Below are positions 63,911 through 64,000 of a DNA stretch of 64,000 nt, piece by piece (position 1 is the stretch's first letter; every line of letters begins with the position of its first letter). The notes below the pieces were generated by a model, which saw only the letters and a list, made by a program, of their open reading frames with translations, had not been told where the DNA came from and did no database searches. The translations under genes were made by a program, and so were the position numbers. Origin of the DNA: a phage; the sequence record PX930852.1. The stretch is one strand, 5' to 3'.

Positions 63911-63970
63911 TTTTGAATCTCCAGTTTAGGATTTTATTTAGTGGGAAAGGTCATTCCCTCCCCGTTGATG
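63911..63970 (-). promoter_or_regulatory. type-A early-gene cassette
   Basis: GGGAAAGGTCATTCCCTCCCC hairpin and RBS module. Confidence 0.5.
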
Positions 63971-64000
63971 TAAATATTAGATAACCACGTTCAAAGAGTC

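Overview
This 64-kb window is a segment of a virulent tailed-phage genome (about 39% GC), with myovirus-type architecture that resembles Felix O1-like phages; that assignment is an inference from gene content, not a database match. All calls come from manual reading of the sequence and the supplied ORF track, so coordinates of RNA features and hairpins are approximate to a few bases and tRNA anticodons are hand-folded. Layout: (1) 56-15768, replication and nucleotide metabolism: primase-helicase, dNMP kinase-like protein, family A DNA polymerase, ATP-dependent DNA ligase, DHFR, thymidylate synthase. (2) 15805-39573, a minus-strand structural module: two His-rich tail fibers, baseplate, tape measure, chaperone pair with a candidate -1 frameshift, tube, sheath, major capsid, protease-scaffold, portal, large terminase. 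(3) 39799-45024, a minus-strand array of about 28 tRNA genes with several non-canonical tRNA-like elements, next to a vWA protein with possible Ro60/TROVE similarity. (4) 47308-55448, a plus-strand operon with an Ig-like repeat protein, a GH24 endolysin and 12 small unknown genes. (5) 55491-57064, a 1.6-kb ORF-free zone dense in TAACAAG-like motifs, bounded by convergent terminators. (6) 57128-63910, a minus-strand array of small genes, each preceded by one of two conserved about 70-90 bp cassettes. The most unusual signals are two tandem arrays of GT-rich repeat units with terminator-like hairpins flanking a two-gene cassette (10380-12195), the Ro60-like gene beside odd tRNA-like elements, three Leu-anticodon tRNAs in type-I (short variable arm) scaffolds, and the TAACAAG-rich zone. 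No integrase, transposase or CRISPR array was found.
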